Source: Malacoraja senta (Eukaryota). From it: 64,000 nt of DNA. Position 1 is the stretch's first letter, and each line of letters opens with the position of its first letter. This document shows positions 25,501 to 39,060 of this stretch, in pieces. Made by a program: the position numbers and the translations under genes. The notes under the pieces are model-generated. The model saw only the letters and a list, made by a program, of their open reading frames with translations, was not told where the DNA came from and ran no database searches. The stretch spans positions 131,936,001 through 132,000,000 of the forward strand of contig CM075977.1 in assembly GCA_038087875.1 (NCBI GenBank). The letters run 5' to 3'.

Positions 25501-26382
25501 CCATGCCTGGGTTAAAAAATGGATGGGGGGAAAAAAGTGTTTAATAAAATCTGTTTTGATATTACTGGGGTTTTTTCCCCTCTGTATGTGAATAAAAAAT
25601 ACATTTAGAATGTGTAATGTACAAAGATCTTTAGCTTCAAAAGATATTTAGTGGTTAAGGATAAATCATTGCCTAGTGGTATTTGAACAATAGTGGGTCT
25701 TTTAACCCGATGCAGTTAACTGAATATCTAGGTCATTTTGGGGGCAGATATTCAGCTGCCATGAAGCCTAGAGAACATTTTGTTTAGCAAGTGCTATTGA
25801 TCAAATGTTTCATCACAGTTGGGGTTTGGCATGATAGTTAGAAAGTATGAACAATGATGAGGAATGATTAATCTGTTTGGGTAATGTGGTATTCCACAAA
25901 AAATAAGACACCAGCAGTGTAGAAGTTGCATCTGTTCCTTGAATTCGTTGTGTAATATTGAATTTGGAATTATGCTTCTTTCTTATGCTGTATATGATCG
26001 TTGACAGCAGTTAGGAATTCAAGCAACGTGGATATAGGAATTGAGTTAATTGTTTGCAGAAGCAGTTTTACTGTTGGAACTATACTCCACTCAGAGTGCA
26101 TTTGAATCCATGCAATGAATTATGAAAGCTCTTTTTTTATTTTTCGTATCTAAGAGTTGAAAAATTAATAATAGCAGCACCCTGCAGTTGTTTATACTTA
26201 ACCAAAATAGAGGTAAAAATAGTTGCAGTGCTCTCATTAAAAAATCTACCTTTTTAAAGCAGAGTATTTAACATACCTTTTTGCAGACTAGTAGTGTGCA
26301 ATTTTGTTCCCTTAGTGTAGTGAGTGTATGTATAACTAGTGTGAGGTGCTTATTAAGATTAGGTTTAGGTTTATTATTGTCA

Positions 26383-27369
26383 GGGCGACACGGTGGGGCA
26401 GCGGTAGAGTTGCTGCCTTAAAGGCCTGTCTCACGGGTATGCGGTTATTGGCGGTTACTGGCGGTGAAGCAGGAAGTTGGGACCGCTCGTGGACCGCCAG
26501 AGACTGCGGGGTCGGTCCCACGCACACCGCTGGGACCATGCGGTGTTGGTCCCAACACCGCACGGTGCTCACAAAAAATCGGCAACGTTCAAAAATGTTG
26601 TCCTACCGCACAGCCGCCACCAGTGCGGCACGAGCACCGCCACAGCCGCCGCCAGTGTGGCACAAGCACCGTCACAGCCGCCGCCAGTGCGCCGTGAGCA
26701 CCACTAGCACCGCCACAGCCTCCGCCAGTGCGGCACGAGCACCGCCACAGCCGCCGCCAGTGTGCCGTGAGCACCACTAGCACTGCCACAGCGCCGCGAG
26801 CCGAATTGACGTCATTGCGTAGCGCGTTGCGTTGCGCGATGTCGTCATCACCCGATGCCGCGCTCGTGGGACAGGCCGTGCGGTGATCACCCGGCATACG
26901 CGCGGCAACAGCTTCCGGTAAGGTTTAATTTTTTTTTACTTACCGCAAGCTCGTGGGACCGGCCGTACGGAGATCACTCGGCCCCCGCGCAGCATCCGTG
27001 CGTCGCTCCCGCGGCATACGCGCGGCGCTCTCGCGGTAGCCGTGCGGTCCCCTCTTCCGGCGACGCCGCGCTTCACCACCAGTAACCGCCTGCCCGTGGG
27101 ACAGGGCCATTACAGTGCCAGAGTCCCAGGGTTCGATCCTGACTATCGGTGCTTGTCTGTACGGGGTTTGTACCTTCTCCCTGTGACCTGGGGTCTCCAA
27201 GATCTTCACCCATACTCCAGAGATGTACAGGTTTGTAAGCTAATTGTCGTGGTATAAATGTAAAATTGTCCCTAGTGTGTGTAGGATAGCATTAATGAGC
27301 GGGGATCGCTGGTCGGCGCGAACCCGTTGGGACGAAGGGCCTGTTTTATCGCTGTATCTCTAAACTAAA
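26383..27369 (+). mobile_element. HE1-like V-SINE split by a MITE
   Basis: Head gggcgacacggtggggcagcggtagagttgctgcctta resumes at 27110 as ttacagtgccagagtcccagggttcgatcc; tail gctgtatctctaaactaaa. Confidence 0.85.
26421..27109. mobile_element. PIF/Harbinger-type MITE with ~33-bp internal tandem repeats
   Basis: TIR ggcctgtctcacgg / ccgtgggacagggcc; TSD TTA at 26418-26420 and 27110-27112. Confidence 0.8.
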
Positions 27370-27700
27370 TGTAGTGATACTGTGAAAAGCTTTGTTTTGC
27401 ATGCTATCCAATCAGATCAGATAATACCGTACATAAATACAATCAAACCAAACGCAAGTACAATAGATAGAGCAAAGAGGAAGATACAGAGTGCAGAATA
27501 TAGTTCCCAGCATGTTAGTGCATCAGTTCCACAGACAAAGTCTAATGTCTGCAATGTGGTAGAACTAAATCGGATGTATTCTAGCTTATGGAAGGGACCG
27601 TTCAGCAGCCTGAACAATAGAGGGAAAGAGCTTTCCCTGAGTATGGTGGTGTGCACTTTCAAGCTTCTGTACCTACTGCCGAACGAGAGGAAGGAGTAGG
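27370..27700 (-). mobile_element. Rex1/Babar LINE 3' end
   Basis: FGSRYRSLKVHTTILRESSFP...RLLN; tail begins at ~26358, before the SINE insertion. Confidence 0.7.
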
Positions 27701-28289
27701 AGGGATGACTGCGGTGGGGACAAGTCTTTATGAATAAAACGGTGCATAGATGTGGCATTGTGGTAGAGTGAAAAGCATTTTCCTTCCACAGAAAATAGTT
27801 ATCTCTCACTTCAATATTCTTCTTCATCAACACGGGGTGATTGTCTTATTGTTGCCTCAAGATTGTTTGGTAAATGTTGTTGGTGGGAAGGCTGAGTTTC
27901 ATCAGGGATAGAGTATAGAATGAGTAACAGGTGGATGTGCAAGATTTGCTCCTAATTGCCCAGAGTACTTTCAGTCAGAACAGGAATGCAATAGGGAAGA
28001 AGTATAGTTTAGATTTGCCCCCCTCTCGCTCTAGAGATGGTAATACTTTTACAATTGTTTTTAAAAGTTTTTAAACTGTACTTATACTACTGAAATCAAG
28101 CATTGAAATGCATTGGTAGATTGAAAGCAAACTTAATATTGTGAACCCCTATCATCATGCTGCTAATACTGAATGTAACCTGGATACCTTTAACAACGGA
28201 TTTTGCAGAATTATTTTGAAATTAAATATAGTGCTGAACATATGAATTTAAAAAAAAGAATAACTAGGTGTTTCAGGGATGGTTGTAGG

Positions 28290-29590
28290 GCCAGGTGTCT
28301 GCTATGTGCTGTGACGATGATAAGAGAATTGCCATTGATTAAAGCTCTCAGGGAAGCTGTAATTGATGTGCGCCATGACCAGCTTCATAAAGCAGTTCAA
28401 AATGGTGGATGTCGGGACCGCTGAACTCTAATCATTAAAGTGGGCTGCCATTTTTTAACATTGAGATGATGTAGTCATCTTAATACAGGTGGGATTTCGG
28501 ATTGAAGTGGTGAAAGGCTAAATATATCTGTGAATACCTCTGCCAGCTTGTCTGTGCAAGTTTTGAGAACATGGCCAGGAACTCCATCTGAAGCAGTTGC
28601 TTCATACTCTCAGGAAAGTCAATCTGATTTGCAGCAGTGACCATGGATAAAGGTACTCCCGGGGCTGTTGAGGCGGGTGATGTTGTTCCACTGACCTGCT
28701 GTTCAAAATGAGCACAGACTGCATTGAACGCGCGTGGAGGGATGTGCCAACAATTCTGTCCAATTTTGCTTTGCAGTCCATTATAGCATTGCAAGCTTTG
28801 CCGCAATCGACGAGTGGTTGTCTGAGTAATTTGGACTCTAGCTTCGTCTGGAATTTTCCTTTGGCATCCCTGAAGGCTTTGTGAAGATTATACCGAGATT
28901 TTGTTTTTTTACAGGTTTGGATCATCCAATTTGAACACCTCAGACTTGGTTCTCATCAGCGAGTGGTTCTCAAAGTTCATCCATGGTTTCTAGCTGGGGA
29001 ACACTTTGACTTCTTTGGCGCACAGTCCTCCCCAGACTTACGATGTCTGGCGGCAGTGGTGCATTAATGTACGTTGGCTGTTGTGTCCTTGAATATGGAC
29101 GGTTCCACTGACTTAATACAATCGTGTAGTTTGTCTGAGGAAACTTGTCTGTTTCCTCAGATTGCCACTGAATGACTTTCTGTACCAGATCTTTACACTT
29201 CTGTTTCTGCTTGGGAGTAAAAACACTGTTAGGTGGTCAGGCTTTCCAAAATGTGGGTAAAGGATGCAGCAGCAGCAGACATCTCTGGTTGTGTAACAAT
29301 GACTGGGATGTCTGATAACATAGTATTAATATTGATAGTATTTAATAGCATATTCTTGAGGTTGGCCTGATGGAAGTCCCTGCTAGATGTCAGAGTATTT
29401 CATTTCAAGGCTATTGGTAGCAATGCATAGTTAATTTGCGCAAGGTCCACTTCAGCATGGGGTGGGATGTTAATTGCAGTTAAGATAGCTGCAATGTATC
29501 CTCGCAGCAGATAGAAGAGGCAGCATTTCACCGTCAGAAAAACTGAAACGCATATATTGGGAAAGGAATGCTGACGTGCCTTCTGAACAA
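28290..29590 (-). mobile_element. Decayed Rex1/Babar-type LINE (endonuclease to RT region)
   Basis: SRYNLHKAFRDAKGKF; GDFHQANL- and FGKPDHL-like endonuclease motifs; many stops. Confidence 0.65.
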
Positions 29591-30308
29591 ATCTGGGTCT
29601 ATAACGATTGTGCTTTTGTTACATATATTAAAAAGCACTCTGCCCTATACTTGCCCATTAGATATCCGATTCTTCAATAAATGGTTTACTGAAAGTTTAA
29701 TTTACTGTATTTCCAGTTTTGTATTAGTTAAACATAAGTGTTGACACACCTGGAGCTGAATGGACGTTTAAAACCAAATGGTTTCAACTTCACTCATAAT
29801 AGCCCCTGAAGCCAAAATAAATATGCATGAGATCTGGTAAATTGATTTACTGAGGTTGATTTGGCAGCTGAAGGAAAACTGCGTTTTATGTTCCCATTGT
29901 TTTGAAATGCTTGGAATACAACTATGATGGCATATTGTTTTAACATTCTAACACTTTCGTTGAGTGCATATCCTGGTCTTATAGCACAAGTATTTTGTGT
30001 ATTAATAGCAAAGGACGTCTTACCTACATGCACCTTTTGTGCAGTCAATAAATTTACAGTGCCCTCCATAATGTCTGGGACAAAGACCCATAATTTATTT
30101 ATTTGCCTCTGTACTCCACAATTTGAGATTTGTAATAGAAAAAAATCACATGTGGTTAAAGTGCATATTGTCAGATTTTAAAGGCCATTTTTATACATTT
30201 TGGTTTCACCTTATATAAATTACAGCAGTGTTTATACATAGTCCCCCCATTTCAGGGCACCATAATGTTTGGGACACAGCAATGTCATGTAAATGAAAGT
30301 AGTCATGT

Positions 30309-31346
30309 TTAGTACTTTGTTGCATATCTTTTGCTTGCAATGACTGCTTGAAGTCTGCGATTAATGGACATCACCAGTTGCTGGGTGTCTTCTCTGGTGA
30401 TGATCTGCCAGGCCTGTATTGCAGCCATCTTTAGCTTATGCTTGTTTTGGGGCTAGTCCCCTTCAGTTTTCTCTTCAGCATATAAAAGGCATGCTCAATT
30501 GGGTTCAGATCGGGTGATTGACTTGGCCACTCAAGAATGGACCAAATTTTAGCTTTAAAAAAACTCCTTTGTTGCTTTAGCAGTATGTTTGGGATCATTG
30601 TCTTGCTGTAGAATGAACAACCGGCCAATGAGTTTTGAGGCATTTGTTTGAACTTGAGGAGAAATTATGTGTCTATACACTTCAGAATTCATTATGCTAC
30701 TACCATTGGCAGTTGTATCATCAATGAAGATAAGTGAGCCAGTACCTTCAGCAGCCATACATGCCCAGGCCATAATACCCCCACCACCGTGTTTCACAGA
30801 TGAGGTGATGTGCTTTGGATCTTGGGCAGTTCCTTCTCTCCTCTACACTTTGCTCTTGCCTTCACTCTGACATAAGTTAATCTTCCTCTCATCTGTCCAC
30901 AAGACCTTTTTCCAGAACTGTGGTTGCTCTTTTAAGTACTTTTTGGCAAACTGTAACCTGGCCATCCTATTTTTGTGGCTAACCAGTGGTTTGCATCTTG
31001 CAGTGTAGCCCCTGTATTTCTGTTCATGAAGTCTTCTACGGACAGTGGTGATTGACAAAACCACGTCTGACTTCTGAAGAGTGTTTTTTATCTGTTGGAC
31101 AGGTGTTTGGGGATATTTCTTTATTATAGAGAGAATTCTTCTGGCATCAGATGTGGAGGTCTTCCTTGACCTACCAGTCCCTTTGCGATTCGTAAGCTCA
31201 CCAGTGCTCTCTTTCTTCTTAATGATGTTCTAATCAGTTGATTTTAGAAAGCCTAAGGTTTGGCTGATGTCTCTAACAGTTTTATTCTTGTTTCTCAGCC
31301 TCATAATGGCTTCTTTGACTTTCATTGGTACAACTTTAGTCCTCAT
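30309..31346 (-). pseudogene. Tc1 transposase, disrupted by stops and a frameshift
   Basis: MRTKVVPMKVKEAIMRL...; VLWTDE; KHGGGGIMAWACM; QQDNDPKH followed 34 residues later by WPSQSPDLNPIE. Confidence 0.92.
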
Positions 31347-31606
31347 GTTGATAAACAGCAATAAAAGTTTCCAAAGGTGATGGAAAGACTGGAGGAAAGA
31401 CTAGGTGCTGAGAGCTCTGGTATACCTGCATTAAGGAGGCAATTAAACACGCCTGAGCAATTACAAACACCCGTGAAGCCATTTGTCCCAAACATTATGG
31501 TGTCCTGAAATGGGGGGATTATGTATAAACACAGCTGTAATTTCTACATGGTGTAACCAAAATGTATTAAAATGGCCTTTATTAAAATCTGACAATGTGC
31601 ACTTAA

Positions 31607-32446
31607 AGTTCAAGTTCAAATTTATTTGCACATGCACCAAAAGGTGCAGTGAAATGTAATTTACCATGCAGCGTTACAATTAAAAAAGGACACAATACAC
31701 AACATAATTCAACACAGACATCCACCACAGCATTCTTCACTGTGGTGGAAGGCAATACAGTTCAGACAGTCCTCCTCCCTTGTTCACCCATGGTCAGGGC
31801 CCTGACACTCCGTAGTCGCCGCTACGGACGGCCCGATGTTCAAGTCGTCTGGTCGGAATGGTCGAAACGCCAACGTCGGGACAGGGCAAGCACACTCCGC
31901 AGCCCGGAGCTCCCAAATCGGCCACCTCCTTACCGGAGACTGCGGCTTCCAGATGTTGTAGGCCGCTGGCCGGCAGTCGGAGCTCTTCTTTGGCGACCCC
32001 TGGCAAGGGATCACCCACTCCACGATGAAAGGTCCACTCCATGCCTGCCGCCTGAAGCTCCACAGACCGAGGCTCCAAGATGTTGTAGGCCGCAGGCCAG
32101 CGGTCGGAGCACTTCTCCGGCGACCCCGGCAAGGGGGTCCGCGATGTTAATGTCCCCGCTGCGCCGCCGCTGAAGCTCTGGGCCCGGCTCCGGAAAAGGC
32201 CGCACCAAACCAGCTGTAAGGCCGGGAGGAGAGGGGCGAAGAAGCGACAAGGAAGAAAGTCACATCTCCGTCGAGGTAGGTGCCTGAAAACGGTTTCCCC
32301 CTATTCCCCACCACCACCCCCCAAACAAGACATACAGAGAAACACTAAAACATACTTTTGGACATACTGAAAAAAACAAAAATAGTCGAAACAACGAACC
32401 CGCTGCAGGCGAGGCAACCGACTCGCAGTGCCACCGGAACCAGAAG
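31607..32446 (-). mobile_element. GC-rich non-coding retroposon with a Rex1-like tail, inserted in the Tc1 TIR
   Basis: Tail ...atttcactgcacc...aataaattt(gaactt)n on the minus strand; flanked by ctt(t)aa of the split TIR; internal ~110-bp duplication. Confidence 0.6.
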
Positions 32447-32461
32447 CTTTAACCACACGTG

Positions 32462-33075
32462 TAGTTTAACCCTTATTAACCCGTATCAAGTGTAAGCTCC
32501 TCATCCCGGAGTAATTGATTTCTCATCTTATCATTCAGGATGCCATATACGAGTCTGCCGCGGATGAGCACGTCGCGGTCTTGAAAGTGGATATGGGATG
32601 CAATGGTCTTGAGGGCACCAATGTATGATTCAATCGTTTCGCCCTCTTGTTGGCTGTGGGGAAAAAAACTTGTGGTGCTCCATGATAACGTTGGTGCGAA
32701 TTTGGCACAGGTCTCTGAACTTTCGGAGGAGGCAGGCCGGGTCTCTGATGGACTCTGCTGGAGTCACAACATGTGTTACCGGATCGGTATGTTCCGGGGC
32801 GTAGTAGAAATCCTGTGCCCGCAGGGCAGCCTCTGAGCCCACCACATTGAGGAGAATTGACGCAACGATGTGGGGTGCAGCTGTAGGGTGGGCTGCATCA
32901 ATGAAAATCCCGAATTCCACCTCGAAGATGCGCCATCGTTCAGCAAGATCACTGTCGAATATCAAAGGATCTGGTCTGCGTAAAGAACTATCCATTTTCG
33001 ATGTAAAAAAATAACTAAAATAAATTCAGGCAAAATAGTTGGAGACGTGATTCAAGACTCTGACACCATGTTTAT
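32462..33075 (-). mobile_element. Gypsy gag fragment with a tRNA-Leu-type PBS
   Basis: MDSSLRRPDPLIFDSDLAERWRIFEVEF...ILLNVVG; TGGTGTCAGA PBS at 33059-33068. Confidence 0.75.
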
Positions 33076-34907
33076 TAGTGGCTCAATGAATAAATTGAGT
33101 GGCTCAATTAGTGGCTCAATGAACAGTTGCTGCTTTCTGACTGTTTTTTCTATTACAAATGTTTTCTATTACAAATCTCAAATTGGGGAGTACAGAGGCA
33201 AATAAATAAATGATTGGTCTTTGTCTCAAACATTATGGAGGGCACTGTGTGTTGATATCATTCAGCATGTTTTGGAGACACTGCAGTTGGAGTCACTTGG
33301 GGAGGTGAGAGGAAACAGTCCAGGTTTCCCATCTGATCATAAACCAATGGCTAGAAGTATGAAAATTGGACATGGGTGAAGGTTGCACTTCAATAACAAC
33401 ATTGCTGGAACATCCTACTTCTAAACAAAATGTAAAAAACAGAAAATATTAGAATTGCTCAACAGGCTGGGCAGAAACTGTGGTGCAAGAAACAGTTAAT
33501 GTTTCAGGTTGCTGGTCTTTCTTCAGAAATGCCGTATGAAAGAAAATAGTATTTTGTTGAAGCATCAAGTGTGAAGAAAGTTGAAGTGAAATTGTGGGGC
33601 AGCATAACTTTGAGGTAGTGAGTTTATGCATTTGAAGATCTTGGATATGGCCCAACGCCTTGCACATCTTCATCATTCCTCCTGACCACCCCTCTCTGAT
33701 GCTGAGCAGTCTGTTCACAGTAGAGGCCTCACCTTTGTACCCCTGTGCCAACATCGCAATGAGTTCCGAACCCGGCATGATATTGAGCTCTTCTTCCGTC
33801 AACATTTCTGTGGAAGAAAGTTTGGTTAACACCTTATTAAAAAGAAGAGGAACAGAAACGATTGAACATAAAAGAGATCAAAGAAACAACCAGAAAACCC
33901 ATTGGATAGAGTATTAGAGCTTCATTGTGGACAATCCAGAACAAAAGACACAGTGTATTGAACAGTCATTGCCAAACAAAGACCTGAAGATTCTGGAATT
34001 AAAAGCAAAGAATGCTAGAAATACTCATCGCCTTAGGCACTATGTGTACTTTAGCTCATTGGCCTTTTATTAGAATTGTCAAAATCTTAAAGATCTTTCA
34101 TGAGGAATGATCACTTGATTAAACAACTGCTTGGTGACCAAATATTGTTCGAATTTACCATAATAAGAACCTTATCTCCCAAGGGAGGAAATATCTCGAA
34201 AGGATGAATGTTTACCAAAGTATAATTTCATTGTGTTTTAAGTTACTTGAAGAGAGAGCTAGATAGGGCTCTTAAAGATAGCGGAGTCAGGGGATATGGG
34301 GAGAAGGTAGGAACGGGGTACTGATTGGAGATGATCAGCCATGATCAAATTGAATGGTGGTGCTGGCTCGAAGGGCCGAATGGCCTACTCCTGCACCTAT
34401 TATCTATTGTCTATAACCTTAAATTTATTATGCAATTAGGCATCTGAGATTTCTGTTTACCCAAATGATTATCTGTCCTTCTGAGAGCATTCCTGATGTG
34501 GACCAACAAAAATAAAAGCCGGCAGGTTAGAAACTTGGCCTTTATAACTTGAGCTAAATGCGCAACATATTAGCAGCTGTGCGTTCTGCCATATTTCCAG
34601 TGCTGCTTTGACCTAAGTGGAGCTAAATCTTGAATTCAGAGTACATTATGCTGGTGCATTTGGCATACGTAACAGATGAATTTTCCATCCTGTCACATAA
34701 ATCAAACGTGACACCAATGTAGAAAATGCTTTTAATAGTGTACAGCAACAGAATAAGACCAAAATCCAGAAAATCTGGTGACCTCAAAAAAAGACCTTGG
34801 GATCCTCTAGGCTTGGGAGTTCTGCTTGAAACACATGGTGTATATTGATCTTGAAAGAGATTACAGGATCATCCATGAGCCAAATGACTGATTCTGTCAT
34901 AAAAGAG

Positions 34908-37900
34908 TCAAATGTATTTCATTGTTACGTGCCAATAACAGAACTTTGTACCAAATGTCGATGTTCCACACACTTCCACTATTTTCCCAACATCCCATTT
35001 GTCTCGACTGGACTTGTTGGGAGGACAGAGAACACGAACCTGCTCATCTGGCTTGAAGTACCTCTCCTTTTTGTGGGAGTCAAAATGGCGTTTTTGACTT
35101 AACTGTTTTTGCTCAACTCTCAAGGCCAAATTGGGTTGAACTAGACTCAGGCATATTCTTAGCCTTCTCTTCATCAACAGTTCTGCAGGTGAGTAACCTG
35201 TTGTGTGTTGTGTGGTTCTGTAATTCAGCAAGAAACTAGCCAAACGATGTTTCATGCTGAGCTTTGAACTACCCTGCAAAACCTGTTTCTTGAGAGCATC
35301 TTTGACAACTCTAACAGACCTTTCCGCCGCCCCATTGGAGTCTGGATGGTATGGGGCAACAAGTGTGTGTTTTACACCATTCCGCTGCATGAGCTCTTTG
35401 AACCGTTCTGAAACTGATGCCCGTTATCAGAAACAAGTTCTTCCGGTAAACCATGGCATGCAAAAATGGAACTCAACTCATCTATGGCACGCTCAGTAGT
35501 AGTGCTTGACCCCATATGCTTATCCTCAATCCATTTGGAATGACTATCTACTAGTACCAGAAAGTGATCATTACACTTTTCACAAAAATCTACATGAACT
35601 CTCTGAAAAGGTCTACTTGGCCATGACCAGGGTTGCAGTGGTGTTTTAGGTGGTTTACTCCGGCAATTTTGGCAGACGTTAGCTACATTTGCTCACCAGT
35701 GACTCGATGTCACTGTCAATACCCAGGCCAATACACAAAACTTCTACAATTGACTTCATGCTTACTATGCCAGGATGTTCAGCATGAAGTTCGTTCATAA
35801 TTTTGTTTCTCAAAGACTCTGGTACAACCACTCTGTAACCCCCACGTAATGCATCACTGCTCACATGATAATTCAGGGCGTTGATTATGGAAAGGCTTCA
35901 GCTCTGAGTTCAGAACTGAGTTCAATCCACTATCGATTTCAGTCCAACCGTTCAATGTCTGTTCATAGACCCACTTCAGCACAATGTCTTTCTCTGTTTC
36001 TGCTGCAATTTCTGTCTTCATCTACAACTTGCAGTGAGTAGATTGAGTTCTCATTTCCCACATCAGAGTTCTCATGGGGCAACCGGGACAACGCATCTGC
36101 AACTGCGTTGCAATTGGAGCTTCTGTACTCAACCTCGTAGTCATACTGGGACAGCAAAATTGCCCAGCGCTGCATCCTTGATGCTGCCAAGGAAGGTATA
36201 GCTGACTTGGGACCAAGTATCACTAGTAGTGGCTTGTGATCAGTCACTAGGGTGAATGGTCTGCCGAGAAGAAACTGATGGAATTTCTTGATTCCGAACA
36301 CGATCCTGAGTGCTTCCTATTCTATCTGTGCATAATTGCGTTCACTCGGTGATAGGGTGCGGGATGCAAAAGCAATAGTCTTTTCCTGTCCATCATTCAT
36401 TACATGGGAGATCACTGCACCTACACCATAACTTGAAGCATCACAAGCAAGTTTCATCTCGCGTGTCGAATCGTAGTGAACAAGGAGTTTGTCACTTGTC
36501 AAGTTTTCCTTGCAGATGTCATATGCACGTTGCTGTTCCTTTCCCCACATCCATTTCACATCCTTTTGTAGCAGATGATGTTGTGGCTTTAGCACAGTTG
36601 CTAAATGTGGAAGGAATCGTGCATAGAACTGCACCATCCCAAGGAATGATCGTGGCTCTGACACATTGTTGTGCTTTGGAGCATTCACTATTGCTTCCAC
36701 GTTTGCCTTCACAGGGTGAAGTCTGTTGGCATCTACTTTGAGTCCAAGGTAGACCACCTCTGACTGCGCAAATGCACATTTACTTTGTCGCAGTTTGACG
36801 TTGTGGCAGTACAGTCGTGTGAGAACTTGCTCAAGGATTTCCAGATGTTCTGCCATGCCCTCTGTGAATATCAGTAGGTCATCCTGGTTGCACACACAGT
36901 GTGGAATACCTTGTAACATTTTGTCCATGACAGACCGAAAACTTTTCGGGGAGGATTTCACACCATAGGGCAGCTTTGTATATGAATACAAGCCTTTATG
37001 TGTGTTGATAGTCAAGTACTGCTGACTTTCCTTGTCGACATTGAGTTGGGCTTAAGCGTGAGATAAATCCAGTTCAGTGAAGACTCTTGCTCCGCTAAGA
37101 TCTTGCGAGGTTGGTAACGGATATTGTTCGTCATCAACGGCTTGGTTGATTGTGACTTTGTAGTCACTACAGAGTCTAACAGTTTTATCGGCCTTGGGTA
37201 TGGCCACAATTGGCGTTGCCCAGTTACTCTGGTCTGTCTTCACGAGTACTCCATTCCGTTCTAACCTGTCGAGTTCTTCCTCCACTTGTTGCTTTAGTGC
37301 ATATGGTACAGGTCTTGGTCGACAATACACAGGTCTAACATCTTTCTTAAGTCGAATGTGTGCAGAGTACCCTGTTATTCCCGTGTTCTTCCAGGCTAAT
37401 TCTATTCTGTTCAGCCAATCCTTTCCAAGAAGGGTTGGTTTATTTCTGTAGCTAGCCACTATGATGGGCAGTGTTACTGACTGACCATTATGCTGAACTT
37501 TACAGTTCATTTGTCCACATGTCTCCAAAACTTTGCCCGAGTAGGTTCTCAGCTTGACCTTACTCTCAAACAATGGTATTTGTGGGAACCTTGTTTCGTA
37601 CAGGTCTTTGCTCATGACCGAACAATCTGCTGCCGTGTCAATACACATATCGATTAACTGTTCTTTAATCAATAGTTTAGTTCGAAAGTCCTTGGCTTGT
37701 CTGGTTGTAGGCTTATCGATGTTGGTTGCATAAATGGTGTACAACCCAAGTTCCTTTCCATCTGGGTTCACCTCCAAGTTGTGAACTCCTCTCTGGTGTT
37801 GTTGCTTGTTTCCCACAGATTGTTGGTTTCCTGTTTTAAGCTTGGCCCGACATGCTGAAGCGATATGGCCTTTCTTCTGGCAGTTATATCACTTGGCCAT

Positions 37901-39060
37901 TTTGAACTGACAAAATTGGGATGAGTAATTCCCGGTGCAACAATAACAACTGGCTGAACTTGGCTCCCCGCCATACTTTGGTATTGGTTTAGCACCTCTT
38001 TCTTTGGCATGGTGACTGTAAATGCCCACTGCAGTCCATGGTGGATGAAACTCGCGAGCATTCTTTGATGCCATCTCCATTGTGGTAGCAATTTTGCATG
38101 CTTTCTCGAATGCAAGATCTGGAGTGTTCATGAGTTTGGACTGAATTTGTTCATCCACTAGACCACAAACAAATCTGTCGGTAGTGCACGTTCGAGAAAG
38201 GTTCCAAAATTACAGTGCACAGTTAAGTTTTTGAAGGCAACAATGTACTCATTGATTGTCTCATTCTGCTTCTGGTTTCTAGTGCCAAATTTATAGCTTT
38301 CTGCAATTTCCAGAGGCTTTGGGTTGAAGTGCTTCTCCAACTTCTTCATAATGTCATTGAATGGCACGTCTTTTGCCTTTATGGGTGCAAGGAGATTCAT
38401 GAGGGTGCCGTACACTTCAGGACCGATCTCCGTGAGCAGAATCGCTTTCATGCGTTCGCATACGGCCTTATTTGTTTCAGTCACTATCTATCCTTCACTA
38501 ATCTCCATTATGTTGTTTGCTCTCTCCATATAGGAGCTTAATGACTCTCTACTCTTGTCAAAAGTGCCAAGGTTTCCGATGTAGCCCGTGAACGCAGCCA
38601 TCGTGTCGTTCTCTCTTTTTCTTTACAAGTCCATTCAAAAACCCCAATTTCCTGTCTATTCTGGTGCATCTTGCCACGTAGACACAACATAGAGATAGCC
38701 TGACAAACTCTCGACAATTTATCCAGCTGCTGTTTTAAACTACAGTCCCCTGCATAGAAGGATCTGCAGCCTATCATGTCCAGCTTCCAAACAACTGCGA
38801 CACAACTCCGTATTTACTGTTTAAAATGTTAAACAATACTGCATGTTGCAAAACAGTCCTGCACTGTATTTAAAGGATGAGTTCACAAACTCTATTCCCA
38901 TCCTCGTCGCCAATTTTGTTATATTCCGGACGGCAGAATGAATAATAACTTACACGCAGTTTGCCAGGATCACGAGAGAGAGATTTATTACCCAACATTT
39001 CCTGCTTATATTGAACACCAACTCATTAACATATACATGAATATGTATGAATGCATTACA
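34908..39060 (-). mobile_element. Gypsy LTR retrotransposon (Mag-like), decayed gag-PR-RT-RNaseH-IN
   Basis: gag ATG at 38601; protease IDTAADCS; RT WATPIV..VRLCSDYK and NQDD; RNaseH LACDASSYGVGAV and TDHKPL; integrase PYHPDSNGAAER; LTR TG..CA at ~38917-39060; 3' LTR not found. Confidence 0.93.
38896..38912 (-). promoter_or_regulatory. Primer binding site, tRNA-Ser(GCT)
   Basis: TGGCGACGAGGATGGGA, complementary to the tRNA-Ser 3' end, 4 nt inside the LTR. Confidence 0.85.

Larger units (their letters stand above)
30057..33247 (-). mobile_element. Tc1-family (DD34E) transposon with long IR/DR-type TIRs; right TIR interrupted
   Basis: TA|cagtgccctccataatgtctgggaca ... cattatggagggcactg|TG; inner direct repeat caccataatgtttgggaca near 30260 and its complement near 31490. 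Confidence 0.92.

Noticed and set aside
26336-27257. ORF cluster and a CRISPR-like repeat pattern
   Set aside because: Tandem minisatellite inside a MITE with no unique spacers and no cas genes; the sequence is vertebrate
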